Position numbers and translations under genes: made by a program. From Heptranchias perlo (Eukaryota): DNA of 64,000 bases. The stretch is from NCBI RefSeq assembly GCF_035084215.1, contig NC_090338.1, positions 9,114,001 through 9,178,000 of the forward strand, read 5' to 3'. A model generated the notes under the pieces. The model did not search any database, had not been told where the DNA came from, and saw only the letters and a program-made list of their open reading frames with translations. Positions within the stretch are counted from its first letter, which is position 1. The number at the start of each line of letters is the position of its first letter. This document shows positions 38,658 through 51,573 of the stretch, piece by piece.

Positions 38658-41072
38658 ATGGCCGACCTGCTAAATTGCCTGATGCCACAATGGCGATTTA
38701 AAAAAAAATTATACTCCTCTGCATTTCGGTCTCAGTTTATAGAAATATTCGTTGTTCAATCTCTGAAGAATTGGAGCTTGGTGCCTTTGTTGGAAATATT
38801 TCTCAGGACCTGGACTTAGATGTAAGTCAGCTATCCACTGCGTCTGAATACAAGAAGAAGTATGTGGACGTGAACTTAAAAATGGAATATTACTCACAAA
38901 TGAAAAAATAGACAGGGAACAGCTTTTTGCGTACAGCCTCGGCTATGTGTTGCTTTTAGAGGCAGTGATATAAAATCCGCTAAAGGTAGATCGTATTGAA
39001 GTTGAGATTAGCAACATAAATGCCAACTCGCCTGTATTCGAGAGGAATGAATTTTGTTTAGGAATCTTGGAATTTGCCTCGACTGGTGAGCGTTTCCCAC
39101 AAAGAGCGCACATGAGCCGGAAGCCGGGACCAACAGAGTCCATACTTACCAGCTCAGCAAAAATGAACACTTCACTTTGGAACTACAAACGGACGGCGAA
39201 CAAACTGTGACCGCCGAGTTAGTCCTTGAACGACCTCTAGACCGGGAACATCAACCAATCCAGCAGTCAACCTTGACTGCGATTGATGGAGAAACGCCTG
39301 TGAGGTCAGGAACAACCCAGATTATTATTAGCATTTTTAAATATAAGCGACAATAAAACGATTTTCGAACAGAGCATCTATCAAATCGTCATTGCAGAAA
39401 ACCTACCAAAAGGATCTTTAGTGGTAAAGCTAAATGCCGTGGATTTGGACGGTGGACTAAATGGTGTGGTAACCTATTCTTTCAGGGAGTACACTCCAGA
39501 TAAAGTGCAGTGCCCTTTTAGTCTGGACTCCAGATCCGGAGAAATTTAAGTAACTGGCATAGTTGATTTTGAAGAGGAACAGAATTATGAGATTTTCCTA
39601 CAAGCTTAGGACAGAAGCCCAGCCGCTAAGCCAGTATACTCTAAAATTGTTAAAGGTTGCTGACAATAATGATAGCGCACCTGAAGTAAAGATAATATCC
39701 GCATCCAGTTCGATCAGAGCGCACACATTTGGGAAGCACAGTAACTCTTTTAAAAGTAACGGACCTCGAATCAGAAGAGAGGGGAAATGTTAACTGTTAC
39801 GTTGCCAGAAACAGTGCCTTTAAGCTTGATAGCTCCTTTAATAACTACCACAGTGATCACTGATGGCCACCTAGATCGTGAAAAGGTAACTGAGTACAAT
39901 ATTACCATTGTATGTTGGGATGCAGGCTCTACTCCACTCTCAACTCACAAACTCAACTCAGGTGTTAGATATAAACGATAGCGTGCCCGCTTTACGCAGT
40001 CTTAATTTACTACGTGTGTGACAGAAAATAACGATGTTGGTAAGTCTATTGGTTCGGTAACAGCATTTAATCCAGATTTGAGTCAAAATGGCCTTCTTTC
40101 TTATTCCATTCTGGACAGTCTGGTGCATGGCATGCCTGCGCCAACTTTCTTCACAATCATTTCAGCCAATGGTATGATGTTTGCGCAGCGCTCTTTTGAT
40201 TACGAGCAACTGAAAAATGTTCAAGTCTTTCTGGATATTATGGATACTGGATCCCCTCGGCTCAACAGCTACGTAACTGTGAATATGATCATCGTAGATC
40301 AGAATAAAAACGCCCCTGTGATCCTATCGCCCTTGTCAAATAGAGGTTCCGTAGCAGAGGAGACAATGCCCAGATCTGCGGATCCAGGTTACTTGGTTGC
40401 TAAGGTGACAGCGACAGATGCTGATTCTGGTCAGAACGCTAAACTTCACTACCAATTTCTACAGCCCATTGATGAAAGTCTGGGAACGGGACACATCTGG
40501 ACTATCCGCCGCTTTGGGATCATCGATTTGCTCAAAAAAACCTCGTAATTTTGGTGAGGAACAATGGAAAACCTTCACTTTCATCCACAGTCATTATCGA
40601 TTTGTCAGTGTCAGACAGTCATATAGAAACTGCACCCAATGTTTGTATGTTGGGGAACTCTGGACCATGGACACCTGATTTACGCCTTTATTTAATCATA
40701 TTTTTTCCATAATTTCGCTCGTTTTTCTCGCGGTTACTGTCATCTTTACCTTTAAGTTTCACAAAATTGCACATGGAATTAACGGTTATTTTTTGCTCTT
40801 GTGCCAAGCTATTCTGCCATATGTCCAGAGATTCACAAAAAGCTAGTATAAACCTTCCAATGCCACCACATTATACAGGCAACGAGACTCTTCCTCAAAA
40901 ATTGCGCTATGAAGTGCGCCCATCTTCAGATTCAATCATGAATGAATTAATGTATCTAAGCCTAAATGGGTCAACGGCACCCAAGATTCATATGAAGACT
41001 GGCGCATGCGTAGCTGAGGAAAATGGACACAGAACACATTCTAGGATTAACAAAACCACTGAGTTCCCTGAG
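38658..41072 (+). pseudogene. PCDH: Protocadherin variable-exon pseudogene
   Basis: Full-length homology from ATGGCC (38658) to GAG|GTGAGA (41072). Frameshift near the A9 run at 38700-38708, in-frame stops (about 38971 and 39547), small deletions. Residual ORFs 40018-40548 and 40767-41135 match the paralogues. Confidence 0.9.
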
Positions 41073-41194
41073 GTGAGATATGCCTTACGAGTTTATAGTT
41101 CTATGAGCCTATACTCCTCAATCAGTTTAAAGTGACAATGGTAATTTGTGAGCTTATTGAATTACTCCGCCTACACTGTTCAACTAAACTATAA

Positions 41195-41455
41195 TAAGAA
41201 CATAAGAACATAAGAAATTGGAGCAGGAGTAGGCCAATCGGCCCCTCGAGCCTGCTCCGCCATTCAATAAGATCATGGCTGATCTGATCCCAACCACAAA
41301 TCTAAAGAACACAAGAAGTCGGAGCAGGACCCGGCCACATAGCCCCTGGGCCCTCTCCGCCACCCACAGGGCATTGACCGATCCGAACTCAGCTTCATGT
41401 CCAATTTCCTGCCCGCTCCCCATAACCCCTAATTCCCTTTACTTCTAGGAAACTG
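41195..41455 (-). mobile_element. CR1 3' tail fragment with a partial tail duplication
   Basis: (aagaacat)n..ggagcaggagtaggcc, then a second aagaacacaagaagtcggagcagg. Confidence 0.7.
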
Positions 41456-42644
41456 ATATTGGCTGACTACATGGCTTGAATGCATAAATTCATTGATAAC
41501 AAATTATTATTTTGTTAGTTATATAAAGTCTGGATGAAACTGCACGCAATCCTAGTATACCTGTTAGAATCTCAAGAGGTACGATATGTTAACCTTTCTT
41601 GTGCAATCATAAATCATAACATTTTTCTTAACGGGCTACACAGGAAAATAGTAAGATATTTTCTCTGTAGTGTGCTGGCCCAAATATTATGCCTTTCCAG
41701 AGTTGTATATTTACTATCAAGGAGTCGGCACGTTGAAACTTAAACTGTTCCTTTACATTAATGTAACTTGTCTGGAGTTAAACGGCATAAGGTTTATGGC
41801 ATCAAAAAAAAAGATTTATCGGAATTTAAATTTCTACTTGCTTTCATATCTATAACATACAGAAAAACATGCCACAATGTCCACTACTCGTAGGATGATG
41901 TGCTGTCAGGCCGAATACAATGGAATGTTTCATACTTCAACTTATGTTAACATATTATCTTAATATGGACCCTATATACAGGATTTCTAAAAAAATAACA
42001 TTTTTTCAGGCAGGCAATCTTATTAAATTATCCTGCTTCTAAGATCAAAAGTCATTTTTCTTCTCAGGGTATAAAGAGACACTTTACTAAACTTGCATTT
42101 GCATTTTCAAGATGTTGTCAAATTGTTTTTCGGCACATGTGCACAGTAATAATCCAGCCACTTCTAAAGGTGGTGAATATAAATTAGTTTTGCATATTCA
42201 CACATGTTTACTACCACAAATATGTATATTTACGCACGTTTATTTATCTTCTGAATCACTATTTGTACAAGTTACAAAAGATCCTTGGAACTTATTATGG
42301 AGATATCCCCTGTCCTTACTACGTTGAGAAAAATAACTGTATTCGCTTAGGACGATTTGATATAGAACGGTCACTAATTTGTACAAACTGGGTTATATAA
42401 CTAATTCATCAACTAGCATTTGTTTTGGGACTTACGGAAATTTAGATAACGTTAGCTCATCTTTTCTCTTCTTAGATGCTGATTTACTTGCTGTCTATTA
42501 CATTTAAAAAATAACATTTTTATTTCTAATAACAGAAGCATGTACTGTGATAATATACAAATGGATTTCTAGAAATTCGTTTATTCCCCCGTAGATATTG
42601 GTAACAGCTGCTGAGCTTTTTTGGATATTACTCCTGGTTATTAA

Positions 42645-43542
42645 TGTCTAAGGAGCCCTGTTCCATTTTGCTCTGCATATGATTCAAGTATAGTGAAAGC
42701 TGCAGTGTTTCCTAGCAGGAGGGATCAGTGACACTTTGGCGGTCTCTGGCTCCGGATGCAGTTAACAGTAGAGCATTAGAGATGGCCTGGGCATACTTAA
42801 TGTGCCCACCTTGTTATGTCACAGTTAAATAGATAAAATGGTACACGATTATATAAAAAAAGACAGTTGCCTAAGTTATCTCAGTGAAGAAAAGGAGATA
42901 ATCTCCGAAAGCTTGTGATTTTAAAATAAATTTGTTGGACTATAACCTGGTGTTGTAAGATTCCTTACACTGGTTATTAATAGCAGTTCAAAATGACGAA
43001 AGAAATACTTGACACCAGATATCTGACAGTTGTAGTTCACAAATGAGAAAGTGTGGATTATGTGGATTTTTGTGGGTAATTGGCTGATGATTTTACATTT
43101 TTAAGAGTATTTCTTGTTCAAGTTACAAGATACATCTCTGGGTGATTATTTTGTACTCGTCAATTCATTGTTGTTAGTGCGTGGGTTATTTCCCAATTCT
43201 GTTAATCAGTGTGAATATCAGATACTCAAAATCCTTAATCACAATATCTAAATAATACATACGGCAACAGCATAATTATTTTCTTGTTGGCCTTTTTCTT
43301 CACTGAGATAACTTAGGCAACTGTCTTTTTTTATATAATCGTGTACCATTTTATCTATTTAACTGTGACATAACAAGGTGGGCACATTAAGTATGCCCAG
43401 GCCATCTCTAATGCTCTACTGTTAACTGCATCCGGAGCCAGAGACCGCCAAAGTGTCACTGATCCCTCCTGCTAGGAAACACTGCAGCTTTCACTATACT
43501 TGAATCATATGCAGAGCAAAATGGAACAGGGCTCCTTAGACA
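42645..43542. repeat. Perfect 249-bp inverted repeat (arms 42645-42893 and 43294-43542, 400-bp spacer)
   Basis: tgtctaaggagccctg...tcagtgaagaaaa is the reverse complement of ttttcttcactga...cagggctccttagaca; no mismatch seen. Confidence 0.95.
42894..42969 (+). mobile_element. Penelope-like 3' tail (about 76 bp) inside a TSD-flanked insertion
   Basis: ggagataatctccgaaagcttgtg..aataaa..gttggactataacctggtgttgtaagattccttaca; 12-bp direct repeat ctggttattaat at 42634-42645 and 42970-42981. Confidence 0.65.
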
Positions 43543-43544
43543 GA

Positions 43545-45360
43545 GCAACATAGAGCACAGAAGGAGCCCATTTGTCCCAAAATTGGTTGCCAGCTCTTTG
43601 CAAAAGTAATCCAAAATTAATACCATTGCCCTACTCTTTGTAATTTCTACTTGCTTCAAATACTTATCCATTATCTTTAAAAATGCAATATCTGCTTCAA
43701 CCACTCCTAGTTGCCACGCATTCCGTGCTACAACAGTATTCTGTGTAAAGAAACCTCCTCAACCTCTCACCTTTAGTGATTTAAAAAAATTAACCCATCG
43801 GCAGTGACTCTCCAAACCTAGGAAGTAATCTCTTCCTATTCACTATCAAAATGCTTCATAAATTAGAGAGGAAAACACTATTAAATCGCCTGATGGCAAT
43901 CTCTGCTTCAGTGGAAATAGCCCAATATCTCAACTCGCTCTTATAACTATAGTTACCCATCCTTGACACAATCTTGGCGAATCGACGTTGTACGTTCTTT
44001 ATGTCTTTAAAGGCCATTCTGACATAGGTCGCCCAAACTACTGAATTCCAACTGTGAATTAATCAATCTTTTGTACAAATTCATCGTTATTTCCGTGCTC
44101 TCATAAAAGATAGGAGCAGGAGTAGGCCATTCGGCCCCTCGAGCCTGCTCCTCCATTCAATGAAATCATGGCTGATCTGATTTTTACCTCAACACCACTT
44201 TCCCGCCTTTTCCCCATATTCTTTGATTCGCTTGCTGATGAAAAATTTGTCTAACTCAGCCTTGAATGTATTCAATGACTCAACCTCCACAGCTTTTTGG
44301 GGTAAAGAATTCCAAAGATTCACGACCCTCTGGGAGAAGAAATTCCTTCTCATTTCCGTCTTAAATATTCTATGCTGCTGGCCAACTCATGTTTTATCTA
44401 TCTGTACTCACTTTCACGGAATTATGCACTTGAACCCCCACCCGGTTCTCTGTTAATCCGCGCCATTCAACGTATTTCCATTGAATGTATGCTCCTGTTC
44501 CTTGACTTTCCTACAAAAATGTATTACCTTACACTTAGCCACGTTAAATTACATCTGATATCTGGCTGTGCTTTCCACTAACCTGTCTATTCCTGACGTA
44601 ATTTACAGTTCATCTTACTGCTTGTCAAACGTCCTACTTTTGTTTTGTCAGCAATTGTTGAGATGTTGGTCCATATACCCAAGTACAAATCATTTACATG
44701 TAACATAAACCGAAATGGACTTAGCACTGACCCCTGCGTACACAGCTTCCAACCCTTCTTCAGTCTAAGCAATACCCGTTTACGTAATTCTTTGTTTCCT
44801 GTCTGTCAATTAATTTTCTATCATGGTGCTAATTTCCCTCATACCATACGGCTGACTTTTTCTAATAAGGTTCTTGTGAGACATCGTATCAAAAGCCTTC
44901 TGAAAATCTATATGCACTACATCTACTTCATTCCTCTTATCTATCCAATCGGGCACTTCTTCAAAACAACTATTATATTTATTAAACAAGAGTTCTCGAA
45001 ATAGGAGGTATAGTTAATTCTTTAGAAGACCAAAGGAAGCAGGAAAGGGACATTGACAAAATGGGGAATGGGCAAACACGTGGCAGGTGGAATTTAATGT
45101 CAGTAAGCAAAAAACTACATCGGTGATTGTGCTTTGAATGTAAGTAGGCTCAGTGCAGTAGAAGAGCAGAGAGATTTGGGATTACAGATTCACAGGATAC
45201 CTCAGATTGATAAGGCTGTTAAAAATAATGAATCCTTAGCTTTATCACAAAAGGTAGAAAATATAAAAGCCAAAGGATAAAACGTTAATAAGATCACAGT
45301 TGGAGTACTATGGAGCTTTGATTGAATAGAATGCTACCTAGTATGAGGAAATACAAATAA
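43545..45360. mobile_element. Nested and adjacent CR1 fragments (mainly - strand; + strand from about 45000)
   Basis: 44102-44365 nearly identical to 24298-24555; minus ORF QGSVLSPF..ISTIADKTKVG; plus-strand CR1 remnant from 45020. Confidence 0.7.
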
Positions 45361-46409
45361 GTAAAAAACATGAAAAATGAACCAGAAAAAAAAATATACA
45401 TTTATTTGTCAGATCCTCAATGCCCTTTTAATAGAAAATATATTAATAAAAGTTATAACAGCACGTTTCTTTATATAGAATTAATACCTAGATGTTTAGC
45501 GAATTGCCATTGACTTATTCAACTTGTGTAACCATGTCCAGTAACGCTTGACATGAGGCCATTTTCTACTTTGTCACCTGTGGATCGAGCAAAGCTCTCA
45601 GAACGTTATTCCTTTCCTGAACTTTTTGAAGGCACGGTGATAAAATTTCCTTGGCATATCACAAGTTAGTGACATAATTCTGTTAATAAGAGTTAATTAC
45701 CTTTGAGCATGTTGGTTTGCCTTGATAAGTTGCTCATATGCAACACTTGGTTATTAATGGGCTTATATATGAAATCACTAGCAATAATATAAGCATTATT
45801 TTCAACTGGTTGCAATGACAAGATGCGAAATATATGTCAAGTGAGAATATTTGTTCAACGGACATTATACTGATTTTCATAGTTTTGTTTGGACGACTTG
45901 GGGAGCCAATGTTTTGTCGAAATACATTATTTTAATTTCTGCTTTGTTTCGTGGGATATTTTGTGAATTTCCCAGAATATTTCCTGAAGTTGCGCACAGA
46001 TATTTTCCCTTTTGATTTGCCTCCATGACAAGTTAGCCTTTCTAGCAGTTGAGGTGGTGTTTCTCGGGGTTGTAAGGTCTAGTGGATAGTGCATATCGGT
46101 TTGCTGGCATTACAACCATGTGTGCAACCGTATTTTAAAAATTATTATAAACGCTTTCATAAACAGATAAGTTAATAAACAAGGCATATAAACTATATTA
46201 CAGATAAACGAACTGCATTAATTCCTGTGCCACATTATTTACCTGCAATTTGGCCATGATAATCTGCCGTGAAGGACGTGGTTAGGTTAGTCAAAAAGGA
46301 ATAATGTCCGAAAAGGCGTAGACAAGACCACATTAAATTGAGCATTTAGCATAATTCACTAATAACCTAAATACATTAATAATACAACAAATAGAAATGC
46401 AATTTTAAT

Positions 46410-46570
46410 TAAGATTGCACAACGTTAAATATTACTGCTTTAAGAAGGGTTGGTGTTATTATTGGTCGAGTCTCTTTGTGTCGCTGTCTACCAATAAGGT
46501 GAAGCAATGTGGCTGGAGATCCAGCACCACTCCCACTACACGAAACACTACGCAATATCCGAGAATGAAC
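46410..46570 (+). promoter_or_regulatory. Pcdh promoter with CSE (CGCT at 46482-46485)
   Basis: attattggtcgagtctctttgtgtCGCTgtctaccaataagg..ctggagatccagcaccactccc; 303 bp before the ATG. Confidence 0.85.
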
Positions 46571-46784
46571 AGCACATATTTTTTCACGTTCTCCGTTTAT
46601 GCCTGAGAGGGCACCTTAGGATCTAACGAAGCTTTATTTAAGTCGTCCTGTCGATTCTTAGCAAACGAACTTTGGACTTAATATAGGTCTTCATCCGGAA
46701 AAGGAAGGTAGCGAACAACTAAGCTCTGGTGTACAATTTATCGGCGTCTTTGGCAGTAATATTGGTTGCGGGCTTTGTCTAGGA

Positions 46785-49235
46785 ATGGCCTACTTACGGC
46801 AAATTCTTTATTTGATACTTGTCTACGTTTCACATTCAGTTTATGGGGACGTTCGCTATCCAATTCCTGAAGAATTGCAGGATGGTGCCTTTGTTGGAAA
46901 TATTGCTAAGGACCTGGGGCTAGATGTACGACAGCTGTCCGCTCGCAAGTTTCGGATTGTATCTGAAAATCAAAAGCAATACCTGGGCGTGAATTTTAAC
47001 AACGGAATTCTGTTCATAAATGAGAGAATAGACAGGGAACAGCTTTGCGAACAGACCCTCGCGTGTGTATTGACTTTGGAATCTGTTGTAGAATATCCTC
47101 TTAAACTGTACCGTGTTGAGGTTCAGATTCTCGACATAAATGACAATCCACCCGTATTCCAAAGAAGCGAGAATCGCTTTGAAATATCAGAAATGGCATC
47201 GCCCGGAGCGCGCTTCCCACTTCAGAGCGCGCACGACCCTGACTCCGGAACCAACAGCGTCCGCAACTATCGACTCAGCCCAAGTGAGCATTTTATTTTA
47301 GATCTACAATCAAATAGCGAGCAAATTGTCACGGCAGAGTTAGTCCTACAGCAACCCCTAGACCGAGAGCAGCAAGCCACTCATCGGTTAACATTGACAG
47401 CAATTGACGGAGGCTCCCCGACGAAATCTGGAACCTGCCAGATTATAATAATTGTATCTGATGTAAATGACAATGTACCGGTTTTCGATAAGAACGTGTA
47501 TCGAATTGTCATTGCAGAGAACGTACCGAAAGGTTCTTTGATAGCGAAAATTAATGCTACGGATTTGGACGAAGGTACAAATGGTGAGTTGATATATTCT
47601 CTCAGTGACAACACTGCCGATAGAGTACGTAAACTGTTTAGCATAGAGTCCGAAAACGGAGAGATCAGAATAAATGAAATGGTGGATTTCGAAGAAGCAC
47701 AGAATTATGAGATGACGGTGCAAGCGAAAGACAAAGGGCCTGCGGCAGTGCCCGCGTACTGTAAAGTTCTAGTAAAAATTACTGATGTTAATGATAATGC
47801 TCCCAGAATAATGTTAACTTCTGTGCACAGTTCGATACCAGAGGACGCCTCAGCAGGGACTTTAGTAGCTACTTTGAAAGTAACGGACCGTGATTCCAAA
47901 GAAAGGCAGGTTGTTCATTGTCACGTCTCCAAAAATGTCCCCTTTAAGCTTGATAGCTCTTTTACTAACTATTACACAGTGGTCACCGATGGTGACATAG
48001 ATCGTGAAACGATGCCTGAGTACAACATTACCATTACATGTACAGACACGGGCAAACCCCCGCTTTCCACTAACAAAACCATCTCAGTTCCAATTTCGGA
48101 TGTAAACGACAACGCACCACGGTTTACGCGATCTTCCTTTACTATGTACGTGACGGAAAATAATGCCATTGGTGCCTCTATTGGATTTCTATCAGCGATT
48201 GATCCAGATTTAAATCAAAATGGCCGACTGTCGTATTCCATCCTGGATAGCCTTGTTCATGGCGTGCCTGTGCCCACGTTCGTCTCAATCAATTCCGCCA
48301 GCGGCGTGATGTATGCGCACTGCTCTTTTGATTACGAACAGGTCAATAATTTTCTGGTTTCTGTGCAAGCAAAGGACGCTGGATCCCCTCCGCACAGCAG
48401 CTACGTAACTGTGAATGTGATCATCCTCGATCAGAATGATAATGCCCCTGTGATCCTATCGCCCTTGTCAAATAGAGGCTTCGTAGCAGAAGAGATAATG
48501 CCCAGATCTGCCGATCCAGGTTACTTGGTTGTTAAAGTGACAGCTACAGACGTCGATTCTGGACAGAACGCCCATCTATTTTATCAACTTCGTCAGCCCA
48601 CCGACGAAAGTTTGTTTACAATGGCATCTGGGACGGGAGAAATCTGGACCATCCGCCGCTTTGGGATGAAGGATTCGCTCAAACAGAAACTCGTTGTCGT
48701 GGTCAGAGACAATGGAAAACCTTCACTTTCATCGACAGTCAGTATCAACTTATCAGTGTTGGATATTGATAGAGAAAGTGCATCTAACGTCGCTATGTTG
48801 GGAAACTCTGGACCATGGACGCCTGATGTAAGGCGTTATTTGATCATATCTTTTGGCACAATCTCGTTCGTTTTTCTTGTGGCTATTGCAATCCTCGCCA
48901 TTAAGGTTCAGAAAGGTGCACGTGGAGATCATGGCTACTGTTGCTCCTGCGGCATGCCATTCTGCTTCAAGCGAAAAGATTCGCTGCAAGGAGTTCAAAA
49001 GACCAGTGTAAACTTTCAACTCCCAGCCAATTATACAGATGTGTACGAACGGGAGACGGTCCCTCAAACATTTCACTATGACTTATGTCCAACTTCAAAT
49101 TCACCCATGAATGACTTCATGTTTTTAAAGTTACATGGTCCAGCGGCACCCATGATTAATATCAAAACTGGCTCGTTATTAATGGAACAAAATGGAAAGG
49201 AATCCAATTGTAAGGATACCATTCAATCACACAAG
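46785..49235 (+). CDS. PCDH: Clustered protocadherin variable exon 3
   Basis: ORF 46785-49268; six cadherin repeats, TM YLIISFGTISFVFLVAIAILAI; phase-0 donor AAG|GTGAGG at 49235/49236. Confidence 0.95.
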
Positions 49236-50833
49236 GTGAGGCGTGTAATAAATGTTCAAGTTCCATAATTCCTTGACAACTTAAGATGGTAATGGCAAAT
49301 TGGGGATCTGGTTGAATTGTCTAGTCGTTAATATCCAATTAACTAGTCGAAACCAAACTGATATTGCCAGGTTGCATTTTTTAATCGAACAATACTTAGC
49401 AGTAAAATACATTAATCTAGCAGTTACCGAGGTCCACGATTATTTCTTGTAAATTCCTGGCGATCAGAAATGCATTTTTATTATGAAATAATAACAAGTT
49501 AACGCGTTATCCATTTTCTGTTTAACATATTTTCGTAACATGATTCATCACGTTGAAACTTGAACTATTATGGTAATGTAAATGAGTACATGTTACGCAA
49601 TAATACTAAGTGGGTGTCTGTTAATAGAAGAGCTAGTGCTTACTGTTAAATTGTGTGTGCAGGGACACATACAGGACACTGGGGCTAAGGCAGATATATG
49701 GAGTTAGGTCACAGATGAGCTTATCTCATTGAATGGCGAAACAGGCTCGAGTGGTTAAATGGCCTACTCCTGTTCCTATGTTCCAAAAGCGAGAGTTGTA
49801 ATATTAAAGCAGAGAGAGAGGAAGAGCAGTGCGTTTAACAACCATGTCAATAGTACACAGAAGTCTTTTTGGTGATAGCAGCATATGGATGGAAGGAAAC
49901 GTGTGAAGTGAAAGGAATGATAGAAATTTGACTATACAGCGCCTATAGAAAGGATATGTGCAACAAACCATGGGAAGCCGCAGCACAGAGAATGAACATA
50001 GGCGGGGTCAATATTAATTTGTCCAAACCAGCGTTAATGTGGTAATAAGGGCCTCAAGTACATTAGCGCCCATTAACGCCAACGCTCCGGCCGAACCTTT
50101 TGAAAGGGGCCTACACCTAGATATGACATATGGTAAGTGTAACATACTTTGGAGGAAGGGATGACTTGTATATATGGTTCCCAAAACTTCCCATTGCTGG
50201 ACATTTCCTCACCTCATGTCTGGGTCTGTTGTAGACTAATTGATAGAGATTGATTGCCATGATTGGGCAACAAGTCCATTATTTGTCATTGGACTGCCAG
50301 GATGGTAGAAGGTGAACTAGGTGAACCTTGGTCTTTTTTCGTCCAACAATCCTAATAACAATTTCTACATATCACTGCATGGTCACAGTCTCAGGTTCCT
50401 GCTGTCAGAGTTAGGACCCTGATAGCAATTTTAAGAGACACTTGTGCAGCCTTAGCAGCGGTCATTAAACAGACCTCAGCTGGCAGCTCTGAAACAGCCT
50501 CACAAAATTAATACCCTGATATTCCCGTGGAGCTGGAAAGAGTGCTCCAACTGGCTCCACAAAAATACTGTGAGCAGCTACCAGCTCAGGCTCTTCTCTC
50601 AGCCTTGCCTTCACCCACTTCCCCCAGCTGCCACTGGTATCCCGTTGGCTAACATTTCTGTGGCCCAAAATTGGCGAGCTGCATCAGGAGGCCTGTTTGG
50701 TGTCGGCAGCTCGCCAGTCGGATTGAAATCAGGCTCAGGCCTTAAAATCACATTGCGTCTTCATTCTTCATCGTTGCAACGGGCAGGTGGTTGATGCACT
50801 GGGTGATCTGCCGACCAAACGTTTAAATCCACT

Positions 50834-51024
50834 GGGCATAAAATTCAATTTCGGCAAGGGTGAAAAACAAGTGTTAGCATATAGGCTGCACATTACACAT
50901 CACGCCTGATTTGCTTTTCTATGAATTTTAATGGAAGGCAAAATCCAGCGCGCTTTATTACTGGCGGGTGGATCAGCTACGCCCCATTTCGGGCCTCCGC
51001 CATAGTTGAATTTTGAGCAGCCCA
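50834..51024. mobile_element. Short MITE-like element
   Basis: Imperfect terminal inverted repeats: gggcataaaattcaatttcggc versus gccatagttgaattttgagcagccc. Confidence 0.35.
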
Positions 51025-51573
51025 TTATATCTGTCAATATTCCCCCTGAAGTAACTAGTAACTTATTAGTTTTATTCATAGCTCCCTATTTTTTCTGTAT
51101 GTTTACATATCCTAGCCGAGATTATACATATATATGTGTGTGTTTGTACTTTTGTATTTAGTCAGACCCTTTCCATCCAAAAAAAATCTTCTTTCTGTCA
51201 CTTAGCTGCAAAATACCCTTTAATGCCATTTTGTTTATTTGTAACAGCCTCCCAAGGAGATCCTTACAAAATGTATTTTGAAAATTTATATGCAAAATAT
51301 CTTCTCCCTTTATTTAATCTCCCTGCACTCCATTATTTCTTCAAAACAAACTCAATCAACTTGATCCAATATATTTACACATTATTGCTAACTGTCCAAA
51401 AGGGATCATAAATATAAGAACGTCACTAATAAATCCAATAAGGAATTCAGGAGAAACTTCATTACCAAGAGAGTGGTTAGAATGTGCAACTTGCAACCAG
51501 AGTTGTAGCACAGAAACTAGATAAGTACATGAGGGAGAAAGGAATAGAAGGATATTCTGATAGGATTAGATGA

